Shown one piece after another: positions 12,424-25,556 of a DNA stretch of 64,000 nt; positions within the stretch are counted from its first letter, which is position 1; every line of letters begins with the position of its first letter. The DNA comes from Phoronis australis (lineage: Eukaryota; Animalia; Phoronida). A program made the translations under genes and the position numbers. Under the pieces are notes generated by a model. It made no database searches. It was not told the DNA's origin and saw only the letters and a program-made list of their open reading frames with translations. Location: NCBI GenBank assembly GCA_002633005.1, contig NMRA01000114.1, positions 336,835 to 400,834 on the forward strand, written 5' to 3'.

Positions 12424-12743
12424 CTTCAAGGCTTTCAAATCCTTTCTCCTGAAACGCCATCTGGCAACCCTCAGCCTTTGTTCACACTTTCGAACTTTCC
12501 AAAATATTGCCGAGTAAAAGCCTACCATGAGTAAGATAGGTATGAACACATTGCACACGGCTAATGATGCCACGAACGGTACGTTTTGGTCCCTTCCCCA
12601 GTCGACGGTGCAGCTGTAACCGAAGGGCTCCACCGAGTACGTTCCCCATCCCAGCAACGGAAACATAGACCAAATGAACGAATACACGTACGTCGCAGTA
12701 ACAACGCCGTACATGTTGCGAACAGTTATCCATTGACGAGACA
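12424..12743 (-). CDS. Opsin exon: TM4, ECL2 (E181, C187), TM5, ICL3
   Basis: TTTTAG|TG...AAG|GTAAGA, 320 nt, phase 1 to 0. Reads WSMFPLLGWGTYSVEPFGYSCTVDWG...RRKDLKALK. Confidence 0.93.
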
Positions 12744-13309
12744 CTAAAACGATATAAAACAACAGCTCAATGATCACTTAGAAAATACTTGTTATTATAT
12801 CTACAACCTGAGAGTCTGGTAAGATCACCCAAGTCTTTGCATTTCAGGCGGAACAAGCTGTCGCTCTAGCTTTTCTCGCAATTGTCTTGAGTCTATGGAA
12901 CGCAACACAGAACCGTTGTGAAGGAAGTTGTGCATTTACGTCATACGTCCGCTCAGTTAGTACCACGCGAGACACTGACGGCAAGAAATATTGCTTGACG
13001 AGATCGAAATAATCGCGGGTCTGTTTCATGGAAACTGATGTAAGACCTAAGACAGAAATTCGGTCTTACGTTCCTCGTAACTATTTATGAACAATAATTA
13101 AAACTCACATATGCAGAAGAACAAAGTATCAGAAAATATGCAAATAACTAGTGCCTACTGAAAAAGTTGTATAAAAAGTTTCCAGCCAGTGATGTGCTTA
13201 TGATTAAACCTTTTATTTTGCTAATTGTGAAGAGCGGGCGTAAGACCAAATATGTGTCTTCAGCCTTAAAGAGGCACGGTACGCGAAAGCTCGTCAAAAA
13301 TATTTCAAA

Positions 13310-13560
13310 TAATTCCTGATGAAAGTACCATCTCGCAACGTTTACTACAGAGTTTTTCACTTTCCGCTGTGAGAGGATTTCCAGAAAAAGTCACAAAATT
13401 CACGATTTTTGAAATACGCACGAAGGATTTTCTAAGCTCCCTCCCACTTAGATAAATGCGCGCACGCGCTCAGTCATCCGATAAACGGCAGAGTACCACG
13501 TGTGATCGCACAAAGAATCTGTCGACAGCACAGTAGGCCTAAGAGGCAAACCAGTGAAGC
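13310..13560 (+). repeat. Repeat family C, second copy at about 20330-20620; both lie in opsin introns
   Basis: Shared ACCATCTCGCAACG..TACTACAGAGTT...CTCCCACTTA..GATA..AATGCGCGCA..CAGTCAT...GTCGACA.CACAGTA. Confidence 0.7.
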
Positions 13561-14269
13561 AAGCACTTTTCCAAAAATAATTCCAAATGCGTTTTAGAAT
13601 TTATTTGAATACTTGTCACAAATAGGCTACTCTGGACATTCAGGGAAAGTTCGTTGAAGGAATCAATGAACCCTATGTGGCCAATTATTTTGTAGCATAT
13701 TATTTGGAAAGCTAAAAGGTTCCAACAAAAAACATGAATGCATACAGCGGTTTTCAAAGTTGGCGCTGCACGAGGTTTTCGCCCTCTCAATAAACGCCCT
13801 GTCAATGGCAAAAACTCCTTTTTCTATTGTTGTATTGCAACGAGATGGAACCGTGTTAACCATGTCGATAAAACCGTAGATTTTCCATTACTATACACGC
13901 TATTCACTCCCACAATTCAACATTCCGCTGTAGTTTCCGTGTCGACCATTTTGCTAGTGAATGGTGTCGAACTGTCTCGCAAATGGTCACAGACATCTCC
14001 ACCCAGAATCTCTTAGTATTAGAGTCTGGTGTACCATGGAATTCCATGGATGTAGTTAGGTTATTCACTATAAAGAACTTAAACATGTAAGGGGCAACGA
14101 TGACTGCAAAAAAGACATAAAAGATATACAATCACGATTAGAAGAATTTCAGTATAGCTATACAAACAGCATCACTTAGTTTACGTCCATGCAGGATTAT
14201 ACAACAAGTGTTCAAATAGAATGTTTATTCAAAGGGGTTTTAAACATCTCCAAATATACTTAACAACCG

Positions 14270-14620
14270 ACCCTACATTCTAGGATCGGAAAAACTGGTC
14301 CACATTGACAAAACACAAACCACATAAATTGCCTTTCAGTGCATCTCAGAAGAACATGGGACTCACTTTGGACTTCTTGTTCGCATCTACTCAGTCGCTC
14401 TTTCCACGGGCCCGTTTCAACTGCCAAATTATGCAATGAAGTTCTTAAACGTGTAAAAGCTATTCTCTGATAGTCCGGAATTTCCACTTTTGCGTCTCTG
14501 ATGTGTAGATAAATCCAAGTTCAAATGTTCTCTGTATATCACGGATTTAGTTCCATGTATCACTCTGATCTTATCTCTAATATCATCCATATCACTGCTG
14601 AGGGTCTTAGCTAACATCTT
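14270..14620 (-). mobile_element. 3' remnant of a CR1/L2-group LINE ORF2
   Basis: RIAFTRLRTSLHNLAVETG.W..RLS.C.QEVQSESHVLLRC matches the conserved C-terminal RLRxSxHxLxxETGRW...CCHC region. Confidence 0.75.
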
Positions 14621-14628
14621 CAGACAAT

Positions 14629-15225
14629 ATTTTTATCCCATACGCGTTGAATCTGTCGAGGGAAATACGGCCATGTAATAAAGTTTTCCGTATTCACCTC
14701 CCGCACTACTTCAACAGTGACCTATGATATGGAAAGTTCAAAAGGTAGGTCAATGCCGATTCGTCGTTAGCCGGCTCGATCACCAAACTTTCGGAAAATA
14801 GTTTTTAATAAGACAATTATAGCAGTGTAAATAACGCTCAACATACAATCAGGTCTCAGTCGTAACATATCTGGAACAGGACCATTGATTATATGACAGT
14901 TCTGTCTCAGTTTTCATTTGCTAAATATTTTATCGTCTGCAACTCAGGCGCCGAATCCTCCGGTAACTACAATGTCATATTGTCATTTAACTATTTTCAG
15001 GAGATGTTACAAGTTCAATGAAAAATTACCGTTGTTTTCGTTTTTGTTATCTCTTTTCAAAAAATTCATCGTCTCATTTAAAACTGTTTCTTTTATTAGA
15101 GAAAACTTGTAGCCTCACGTGCAAGTACATAGGCCTACATGTAGGACGTGATCCGCCACGTGAACAATCTGAGTCAAGTAGGCCTATTTAGAAAATCTGC
15201 CGAAAAAATGAAAGAAACTTAGGGG
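14629..15225 (+). repeat. Interspersed repeat family A, copy 3 (opsin intron)
   Basis: Collinear with 1902-2642 and 3181-3822. Confidence 0.85.
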
Positions 15226-15674
15226 AATCTTTATCTACATAAACATTATTCAAATAATGATTGTCAATGTACAACTTCTACCCTGACGGTTCTGGGGCCA
15301 AAGGGGAACCTGAATTGTCATACAGTTGGCATTGAGTTCATTAAATGGAATTGAATATACATTTTAATGTTTTTTGCATAAACGGCCGCCCATACATCTA
15401 GCGGTCGCAATACATAATCTATTACATGAACAGTGGCGAATCTACGATTTTATCGACGTACTAGTAGCTAACAAAGATCCGTGTTTTTCATTTTTAAATT
15501 AATAGTAAAATAAAGCAATTACAAACAGAGCTGAAAGTTATGAAATGTTTATATTTTAGTGGTGCCCTTCGACTGGCGAAACGCATCTTATGTTCCGAAT
15601 TTGTGAGTGTAAAGGAAATAGTAAACATCTACAGGTTACAATGCAATGTCTTAGCTTGTTATCGTGGCCACCCT

Positions 15675-15735
15675 GTACTGTATTGTATTGTATTGTATTG
15701 TGTTGTATTGTATTGTATTGGATTGGATTGGATTG
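15675..15735. repeat. (TATTG)n/(GATTG)n microsatellite within a repeat that has an inverted relative at about 43870-44010
   Basis: Pentamer array seen directly. The flank TTTACTCGAAATC...GCTCGAATCTAGG...TTGGACTAGACAC matches 43874-43955 in reverse. Confidence 0.65.
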
Positions 15736-16755
15736 TTTCCTGCCATTATGTATTTTTGTATAAGCCGTTATTATAGTCTTTATTTTACTCGAAATCTGAA
15801 GCGTGTAGCTCGAATCTAGGTGTTATCAAACACGCACTTGGACTAGACACGCATCAGTTTTAGCAATAACATACTAGAGCACAAGAAAAACAGACATTTA
15901 GGCAAAAGACAAAGTTGGTTTTGGATTTTACTGACTCATTTCGAAAGAAACTTGCTCTCACTGGCTAAAAAAACGTCCGCCCGTATCAATTTCAGCCAAG
16001 GTTTTGGGATTTTCTTTAAAGGCACGTAAACAAGGGTAAGCAAAGTTTGAAACACAACGATTTTCAAAGCGATGAGTGAAAAAATGCTCGTCTCATGTGT
16101 ATATTTTTGAAAAAATGAAAAAAAAAACTAAAAAATACTGCATCACCGATTCGATTTCCATAAATAGAGACCAGACCCAATGAATTTATACGTTTTGAAT
16201 CTGTCTGTCAACACGGTATCCATGGAGAACACCTACGTGACAACTTGGCGAAAAGTAATTCAGCAATGACAGTGCTCCTTTGTTAACTGCTATAGTTATC
16301 GCGTAAAGGATGTTATTACGTCGTTGATTACGGGCTATTGTTACAATTAGCAATAACTATGAACGGAATTAAAGAGCATTTCTTGTTTTGTCAGCGTTAG
16401 TTGGGGACAGAGCAAAAATGCTATGAAACACACTTTGCACTCACTAAAACACGTCGGTTGTGCCCTTACGCAGTAGTCCCGTGAACACGAGTATTGGTAA
16501 AGCATCAATAAGTTTTTTAATGAAATTTTCATAAACTGGTTATCACTTATAGTAGGAAGTAAAAAGGAACAAAAAATATTTAATTTACGGTATTCAAGTT
16601 TTGATCAAAATTGAAACAGCAACCGTGAAAGAAGCTCGATCGACGAGTTTGTCCGTGAGCGGAGAATTAGCGTGGTAGGAACAATGTTGGTGTCTGTGCG
16701 AGCAAAGCAATATTTCAGTGAGACGTGAAACATGATGCAGGAACTGAGGGGAAAT

Positions 16756-17149
16756 CAAGGTACCTAAACTACACGGTTAACGCGTACTCATAAACACGGC
16801 CCACAGACGCATGAACACGACTCACGGACCTGCAAACACCGCCCAGTAACTCACAAACACGGGAACGGACTCACAAAACACGATCCATTCACCCAAATCC
16901 ATGCGACACGGACTCATAATATTCACGAGGAAACATGGTTAAAGGACCGCCGAACAAGGGTCACGGACTCATCGACTTCCTGGGTCAGCTGACATCTACA
17001 GTTTGTCCGTAAACCGTGTTTGGCGGTCCGTTAACCGTGTTTCCTCGTAAATATGAGTCCGTGTCCCGTGTATTTGGATGAATGGATCGTGTTTTGTGAG
17101 TCGGTTCCCGTATTTGTGAGTCCGTTAACCGTGTAGTTTAGGTACCTTG
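16756..17149. mobile_element. Foldback MITE with CAAGG termini and 5-bp TSD GAAAT
   Basis: TIR CAAGGTACCTAAACTACACGGTTAACG / CGTTAACCGTGTAGTTTAGGTACCTTG. GAAAT at 16751-16755 and 17150-17154. Internal ACACGG/GACTCA sub-repeats. Confidence 0.9.
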
Positions 17150-18215
17150 GAAATATGCGTCCGTGAAAGAGGAATAGTGAGCGCTGACAGGCCCGAGTTG
17201 CGTGGTCAGGGAATTCTACGTGCCTTGGTTAATCGCAAGACAGTGGCCGGGGGAAGAAAGATTCGTGTTCCTTGGCTATCTAAACTACGCCTACCTCATG
17301 CCTTTTAGCACGACTGTCCAATAGACACCCACCCGCGTATAAGCCCAACCTCGTTTTGAGTCGGCCAATTGCAGCCCGTGGTCTAATAGTTATGTTAGAG
17401 GGAATATCGTTAAAAATTATTAACCATGAGCATTTGTGTCCAACAAACTATGTCTACTGAAGGGGCTGCTGCCAAATTATTCTGATGGAAATGGCTTTTG
17501 CCTCGAAATCGTTCGAGGCAGTCGTAAGTAAAAAGCGTGTCAAAAAACTTATTTGACATGGTTAGCTAATACACGGGCGACGCAGCACTGAAAAAAGTGG
17601 GGGCTATAACTCCCCAGCCTCCTGTGGTGCACCTCCTATGTAATACATGGGCAGCCTATCACTGAAACCCCCCAGCCCCTATGGTGCCCCACCCTTGTAA
17701 TAGTTCATTCAAAATTACGCTGCATGTGATCTTTCCAAACCCGTTGTGTGTTAAGAACGATCTTGAGGCCAGTCTGTTTCACTATTCAGTGGTTTGCCTA
17801 TGGTTGTGGTATCCAAGCTTATCAATAGGTGACGCTGACTGTAAAGCTGGCAACAATATTGCTTTCCAGAATTGAACGCTATCATCGGCTCGTCTCCTTT
17901 CTCAAATAAACCCACATATCACAGTTACGTTTTGGCTGCGGAAAAAGCAACGATTCTTCGTAGCTAAGCCGTAAATTAAAACTACGCTTGTTTCCCTCGG
18001 GCGACCGGCCTATCGTAAAATATTGTGCTACACTAATTTTATTTAAAATATTTAAAAATGATAGCTGTAACAACTGAAGACGTATTTGTTGGAAAAAAAG
18101 AATGAAAAGTGGAAAATATAATATTGTGGCTTCTGATCTACCGACTGGTCATCTCAAACTCAAACTAAGGACGTAGGGCAAGGGTAAATAAACATCATTT
18201 TAAGCGCGTCCAAAC

Positions 18216-18323
18216 CTGAGGCAGAGTGGCAAACGGTCACATATCTGGCGGCACTTATGGCAACCAACGTCATCATACTGGTGAGGCTGATCAAAAACGA
18301 CAGGAAGGCGTAGGCATCGCATC
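18216..18323 (-). CDS. Opsin exon: TM3
   Basis: TTTTCAG|GA...TCAG|GTTTGG, 108 nt, phase 1 to 1. Reads (G)CDAYAFLSFLISLTSMMTLVAISAARYVTVCHSAS, containing C110, Y113 and ARY in place of DRY. Confidence 0.88.
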
Positions 18324-18954
18324 CTGAAAATAAAACTTGTGATGAGCACATAACTTCTTATGGTGAGCATAGTCTTTTATAGTGGCATTTAGAACAACTT
18401 CGGGTATTTTCGGAGCCTCGAAATTTCCCTTCGGAAGTGAACGTCTGCCCAAACTTCAGTCGCAGCTAATCATGTGACTTTAAAACCGTAGAATGATTGG
18501 CCGTATGACCGAAGCTCGCTCATACAAAGATAACGTTCCACTCCGAGGAGAAATTTAAGACTTCTAAAATGCCCGAGGTCTTCTGCATGCTTCAAATTAT
18601 CCAGTCCAGGTGTTTTATGTATCTGCTCATTTTCGAATATCAATATACCAGCAAAGAAATTGGTCAAGAGACGGTTAACAGTCTTTAGTTTCAGCGCTTG
18701 CAAGTCTCAAAAGCTGTGCACGACGTCATTTTTAATCCTTAGTCTGCCCCTGGTGTACTGAGTTTTTGTTTATTAAGCCTGTTATCTCAGGGGTATCTCA
18801 ATGCATTCGATAGTACTCTATCTTCATTTCGAGATTCACACGACTTTGTGATTGGATTGAAGTTCACACATGCACAGATATGAAACACCTCCAAGGGCAC
18901 CCAGAGCACCTGGAACATCATAAGTGCTAAGGTTCTTAAATGAGTGCCTTTCTG

Positions 18955-19140
18955 GGCGTTGAAATATTCAACGCGCAGTGTTGCTTAATCAACGCGCAGA
19001 ATTGCTTAATCAACGCGCTGAATTAGTGATTCAGCGCGCTAAATTGGTAAACGCTTGTCTTTCAGCGTTTATTCGACACGCATAATTGCTGTAACGCGTG
19101 GTATTGCTTATTCAACAAGCCGAATTATTTATTCGTTATG
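18955..19140. repeat. Short degenerate tandem/inverted repeat of about 20 bp
   Basis: TTGCTTAATCAACGCGCAG-like units repeated 4-5 times. Confidence 0.5.
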
Positions 19141-20053
19141 TCCAATCAAAGACGAATTTACATTCAGAACGTACCGCCGCGAGGAGGTGCTACTGACGAA
19201 ACATTGATTTTTAAGAGCATTGTAGTTTGAAACATTCCTGTTCCTCGCAAAGTTACTTGCATGCATGTAGAAACTCTTCCGCCATTTTGAGATTTGAGAG
19301 TAAAGACGTGATTGGAGTACATGAACGAATTAACTCAGCGCGTAGAATAACTAATACTACGTCACGTTGCCCAGCAAAAGTGGGCGTTTTCCGTTTTTTT
19401 TTTTCAATGTGACATATATTTGTTGAATAATACACAGAACATACAAGGAAAATAATGACAAACCCAGATATCCCGAAGCATTATATCTGAGTTTTAGACA
19501 GTACATAGATGAATGTAATATACATAGACCTATATGCATGTAAATAGTATCTAATATACATATTCAAATATTTGGATATGCTATTACAATCATATTAAAA
19601 ACAAAAAAACACGAGGGCGTTGAACAAGCATATTTCAAAGTGCACATACTCCTCTGAGTACCCTTCGGCGCTTCATAGGTAGGAGTTCCCAGACTACTAC
19701 CCTAAGCTACGGTGACAAAACGTGTCAAGGTCGCCATTTATATATGAGCATGGTATCAGGTAGTCTCTATGTGTGATATCAAAACTGAAAGGTGTGAGTT
19801 AAGGTGTTCAGTGACCCGAAAATCGAGGCCATTTTCAAATTCACTGTGCGGAATTTTATCTCATTAGCCAAAAATGTCACAGAGGTTGAATCATAATATT
19901 GCATTTCACGAGAACTATACTTTTAGTACAACTTCATATTGGATGAATCGCTTATTTTAGTAACAATATGAAGAAACTCCCAAAAATTCGAGCTAGTGTT
20001 GTGTACCAAACACCATCATTAGTAAAACTGTTGTCATCATCATTCGTGCATAC

Positions 20054-20236
20054 CAGCCTGACCAAAGCTCCATCTGTGAGCAAACGAAGAATACACGAAC
20101 ATGTAATAAGTGGTCAAATTCAATCCGATGTTGGTGGCTGTCAAGTTGTTGGTGAGAATATCGACTGGTTTTGCGGTCTTCCTTTGCTTGTAGGCTACAA
20201 CAGCGATAACCACGTTCGATATCGACGACTCGACAA
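20054..20236 (-). CDS. Opsin exon: end of TM1, ICL1, TM2, ECL1 (frame not shown in the ORF track)
   Basis: TTTCTTTCAG|TT...GCTG|GTATGC, 183 nt, phase 1 to 1. Reads VESSISNVVIAVVAYKQRKTAKPVDILTNNLTATNIGLNLTTYYMFVYSSFAHRWSFGQA(G); compare Opn5 RPAEIMTINLAVCDLG...CFCHRWVFGWIG. Confidence 0.88.
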
Positions 20237-20993
20237 CTGAAAGAAAAACAGCGGCGGGTGAATATGTGAGGTGGTTGCTGGCTTGAGCAGTTCATAAAGG
20301 GGCATGGAACGCGAAAACTCATCAAAAATATCTTTTAAACGATTCCTTACGAAAGGACCATCTCGCAACGGCTACTACAGAGTTATTTACTTTTCGCAAT
20401 TCGCGAAGAATTACAAAGTTCACGAAAATAAAAAACTGTGTAGTCACCACAGAGTCTCTGATCTTCTCCCACTTACGATATAATGCGCGCATGCGTACGC
20501 AGTCATTCGGCAAACAGCTGAATGACAAGAAGGATATTAACGGTAGATTATATTACGTGAGTTTGCACTTCGAATCTGAGGTCGACACCACAGTAACAGG
20601 GAAGCCAGTGAAGCGAGAGGTTTCCCAAAGGGAATTCTAGGTACATTTTAGATTATTTCCGAATACTACGACACATTTGCAACTAATTTTAAATATCAAT
20701 TGCCTCTTAATCGGGCTGCTGCTTGAAGTCTCCATTGTTTTGTTTACAACAAATGTCAAAAGTCATATCAGGGAAATGCGCAACCTCTTTGTACTGCCAT
20801 GCCAATTAAGGAGACGTGGTTTGCCTTGTGGGAGAAAATCAACGGTGACGAGCTGTTGACAAATCGTTTTTTCTTTAAATTTGAAACTAAATGAAAAATG
20901 CACCAGAAATTCAAAATCTTTACCACCAAACCGCATGAATATCTGGTGAACACGTTGAATTCTGTTCCAGTGGCAGAGAACCACTTTGAATAA

Positions 20994-22577
20994 TTACTCT
21001 GCGCGTGTAAGCACAGAGTACTGTTGTTTCTGGGTTTTCTTCAATTTTATTCTTATTACTCTGCGCGTGCAAGCGCAGAGTACTGATGTTCCTGGGTTTT
21101 CTTCAATTTTTTTCTTCTTCTTGTTACTCTGCGCGTGTAAGTGCAGAGTACTGTTGTTCCTGGGTTTTCTTCAATTTTATTCTTATTCTTATTCTTTTTA
21201 TTCTTCTTCCAACCAACTTTGAGGCTTAATAACTCCAAAATGGGTGCAGGTACGTTCTTTAAATTCAGCATATAATTTTAACAGTGCATAAGTTTTGATT
21301 CGTTGTATAGTCATATTCCATATTGCACCGGAAGAGGTCGTTTGGTGCGAAGGTCATAAAATTTTCAAAATGCTACTCCTCCTTCAGTTTTAAAGCTATC
21401 TTTTTCAAATTCGGTGCACAGGTACAAGTCAACATGACAATTTAAAAAATTACTTTTCTAAGTAATCAAGTCATCCAATCAGATAAAACCTGTCAAAGGT
21501 CATTAGGTGCAAATTTTGAGCTAGACACTTCAAATTCACAAGTCAGATTGGTACGTCTAATTCAATTCGAAATACAAAGTTTCAGGTTATTTAGTGCAAC
21601 CATGGGGTCATTAGGTGCATTTTTCTTCTGAAAATTTGTCTTTTTCATTCACCAAGTATTCTGATGTGTCAACCGTTTGACAACTGTGATTCTCAGCATT
21701 AAGCACGCTTTTCACGGCATTTGCAAAAATTCTCTTAAAGATGCTTATAATGCACCGGATAGGGTCAATTAGTGCAAAGGTCATCTACTTTTGAAAAGGT
21801 TATTTCTCCTACATTTTTCAAGGAATTGTCTTCAACTCCAGCACATTGGTGTAAATTTACATGCCAATGAAACACCCTACTCTACTAAGCAATAGGGCTA
21901 TCCAATCAGAGAAAATAGGTCAAAGGTCATTGAGTGCAAACTAAACTTTTGAGCTAGACACTTCAAATTCCCAAGTCTGATTGTTACGTCTAATTCAATT
22001 CGAAATACAAAGTTTCAGGTCATTTAATGCCACCATGGGGTCACTAGGTGCATTTTTCTTCTGAAAATTTGTCTTTTTCATTCACCAAGTATTCTGATGT
22101 GTCAACCGATAGACAATTTTGATTCTCAGCGTAAAGCACACTTTTCACGGGCTTTGCAAAAATTCTCTTAAAGATGTTTATAATGCACCAGATAGGGTCA
22201 ATTAGTGCAAAGGTCATCTACTTTTGAAAAGGTTATTTCTCCTACATTTTTCAAGGAATTATCTTCAATTCCAACTCATTGGTGTAAACCTACATGCCAA
22301 TGAAGCACACAGTGCACACACTTTTAATCGAGTTTACAATTATTCCCTCATCCGGGCTCATAATGCACCGAAAGAGGTAAATTAGTGGAAAGGTCATCAA
22401 AATATTAACATGTAATTTTTCCTACAATTTTAATGAATTCCTTTTGAAATTGGTAAACGGGTTGCTGTCAGTAACTTCCCATAACAATTCCTTTAATACG
22501 CACGCGCAGAGTCCATTATTGTCACGGTGTGACAATAATCTTTCATTATTGTCACGGTGTGACAATAATCTTTCTAG
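20994..22577 (+). mobile_element. Helentron-associated non-autonomous element (HINE/DINE-1-like)
   Basis: 5' subTIR TTACTCTGCGCGTG forming a hairpin with CAGAGTA, present three times (20994, about 21056, about 21124). TTC/TTA microsatellite. Internal tandem units of about 427 bp (21473, 21900). 3' subTIR CACGCGCAGAGT, then hairpin ATTATTGTCAC-GGT-GTGACAATAAT twice, ending CTAG next to TT. Confidence 0.8.
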
Positions 22578-24944
22578 TTCAATTTGTTTTTCACATTTCA
22601 TGCCTCTTTAAGTAACCTTTCAGGAATTTTCTGCCGACCTATTGTTGGATAGTATTTTAATCCTTTAGTCAAATAGGCGTCTCTCGCTCTCTCTCTNAGA
22701 ATGTGACAGATTTTTTGTTTAATAGTTTATTCACGGGCGGCGCACCATACGTGGCTGGGGGCTATACCCCCGCCCCTCAGTGCTGCGCCTCCCAGGGTCT
22801 ATGGGCGTCTTCTTCATTGAAAGTTCAACTGAAGGATCCTTTGCCGGTAATTGGGATACCTACCCAAACAAATGAGTAATAAATTGTATCCGATTCATGT
22901 AGTTTACCAAAGGAAGCATCCGTTGACGAGAGAATAAGTACATTTTGGGTTTTTGAAAATAGCCATTGAATTCTAGCAGACGATGCAGAACGTTTTCGTC
23001 ACGTTACAATTCCAGTAATGACGAGTTGTATTTTCTGTCTCTCAAAGATCTGACTCGTAGACACCAATTTCAACCAGAAAGTGACAATTCGAAGAAGAAA
23101 ACTTATCTGAAACTAATTTTTGATCTCGAATCATCATCAAAATTTTAGGGCACAAACATTAATTTCCCTCCATTCATAGGAATCCTAAACGTTAATTTGT
23201 GATTCCGTCTTCAGATCGTGTGTTATTTTTTGTAAATTAATAGGGAACATATGCGTTTATTCGCAATATTTGCGAATACTTTTGGGAAATTTGGATGGCT
23301 GCAGGAAATTTCATATTTTTGGAATCTTTGTTAAAATGAAAAATTGGGTGGATGAGTGTACAAAAACTGTTATGGTGGAGAGAAACCACATCTGTTACAA
23401 AATAATGCGTAAGGCATAACGTCAGTCCTAGTCAAGCAAATCATAAATATAAGTGATGTCGTTTTGTACCAGCAATTATACAAGACAGTTGCCTTAGTAA
23501 CAGTTATATTGTCGTTATACCAGGCTGGCTGATTTTGAAATTCTTCATTCTTGTCAGCGTCCCGAATTTGGGCGAAGTAAACCAACACCTCAAACCAAAA
23601 TAATTTTGTCATTTTCTGTTAACAAATATCGTAAAAAGCACGACCTCCAAATGAACCTTACGACCACCGTTTGTTTAACAGCAACTACTTTCAAAAGCAT
23701 TGCTTGAAACAAGTTTGGGGAACCAGGATAGCTTAAGAGATTTGATAAAATGTTCATTTGCAATTTTTTGTGAAAAGTATCATTTCAGGTCTCTTTATCC
23801 TATCACTTTGCCACGGCAAACACACTTGAAAAACATTCAGTAGTTCATTACCTTTAATTGGTACGTGGATGGTGATGGCGAAAACAAGGAGCAAATGAAC
23901 AGATTAGGTAAGAGCTACGAGACGACTTTAATTACAATAATTCCGCCAAGGAGAGTTGACAATGATCATAGTTGGCGTAATTAGTTCATATTTTGTAAAT
24001 GTCACTGCATACTGAATTTTCCTGAAGAATTGTATCAAGCGGCACCAACGGTCCAATTAATATATAAAATGGATACTTTCGGATAAATGCCTGACTAAAT
24101 TCTTCACAGCAACTGTGAGGGATTCATATTCTAATATCATTGAGTCTTGATTGGGCAGAAGTCTTTTGAATCATTGAAATTATTTCTCTGCTGGTTTATT
24201 TATTAATTTCTATAACCTCTCTGGTCCATTACCTTTTTATGTTACTATTACACCCTGACAATTTTCACATTTTGGTAACAAAAATAAATATTTTATAATC
24301 CAGTCAAGTAAGCCAAATAATAATTATATGTATTATTAAATTATCTGTCGATTGCTTCTGCTATAATCATACACCGTCAAAAACTGACGCAGGAGTTTCT
24401 AATGGCATTACTCTTAGGCAATTCGATCGAAAAACGGCGAAGTTGCGAAAAGTTTTAGAGGCGGTAAATTCCATAAGAATAACCAAAACCGGAACAAACG
24501 AATGCAAACAAGTGCCACTCATGCCCGGCGCTACCTCAGCCAGCGCGAGATCTAAGTTGGCTTTCCAGGGATAGAGTTCTATGTCTTAATTAGCGTCTTA
24601 TTCACAATACAGATAAATACGAAGCCACCTTAGCGTCATCTTGGCATTGTCACTCTGAACTTGCATTGAACCTTCGTAATTTAAAGTGGCCTCGAGTTCA
24701 CCTAACGTCACCTTATCTCTGAAGTGTTGGGAATACCAGCCACTATGTGCAATTATGCATACATACAAAGAACATACACTTATTGTTGAATTTGTCATTG
24801 TTTAAATGAATATCAATAATATTGTTGTCGAGTTTGTTATTATTTTTATTACTATTATTTTTGTAACAGACTGTTAAACTATTATCAGTATTATAACTGT
24901 TATTCGGATTTTAATAATAATAATTATATAATTTCTATTCTTGA

Positions 24945-24989
24945 TGTTGTTGTGGTTGTCGTTGTCGTTGTGGTTGTCGTTGTTGTTGC
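24945..24989. repeat. (GTT/GTC)n microsatellite
   Basis: Seen directly. Confidence 0.8.
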
Positions 24990-25128
24990 CAGGCACCTAC
25001 ATCCGAACTAATGCATTTTCCAGGAATTTCTCCAGTCAAATGCATCACGTTAGTACCGTTACCATAAAATTCGGTAATTGAGCGCATGCACCTATTTGTG
25101 AAGCTGCGCCTAATACGCAGCTCTAGTC

Positions 25129-25556
25129 CAAGGTACCTTAACTACACGGTCACGGACGCATGAACACGACTCACGTACCTGCAAACACCGATCACTGACT
25201 CACAAACACGGGAACGGACTCACAAACACGGGAACGGACTCCCAAGACACGATCCATTCACTCAAATACACGGGACACGGACTCACATTCACGAAGAAAT
25301 ACGGTTAACGGACCGCCAAACACGGGTCACGGACAAAATGTAGATGTCAGCTGACAAAGGTAGCCGATGAGTCCGTGACCCGTGTTTGTTCGTGAATGTG
25401 AGTCCGTGTCCCGTGTATTTGAGTGAATTGGTCGTGTTTTGTGAGTCCGTTCCCGTGTTTGTGAGTCAGTGAACGGTGTTTGCAGGTGCATGAGTCGTGT
25501 TCATGCGTCCGTGTCCGTGTTTATGAGTCCGTTAACCGCGTAGTTTAGGTACCTTG
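25129..25556. mobile_element. Foldback MITE, same family as 16756-17149, opposite orientation, 5-bp TSD TAGTC
   Basis: CAAGGTACCTTAACTACACGG / CCGCGTAGTTTAGGTACCTTG termini. TAGTC at 25124-25128 and 25557-25561. Central TGTAGATGTCAGCTGAC is inverted relative to copy 1. Confidence 0.9.

Noticed and set aside
19993-20325. 110-aa minus-strand ORF in the track
   Set aside because: Wrong frame; the opsin exon 20054-20236 uses a different frame.
24598-24798. Candidate opsin first exon (MTNSTISV...)
   Set aside because: No TM1-like segment ending at a phase-1 GT donor in an open frame.
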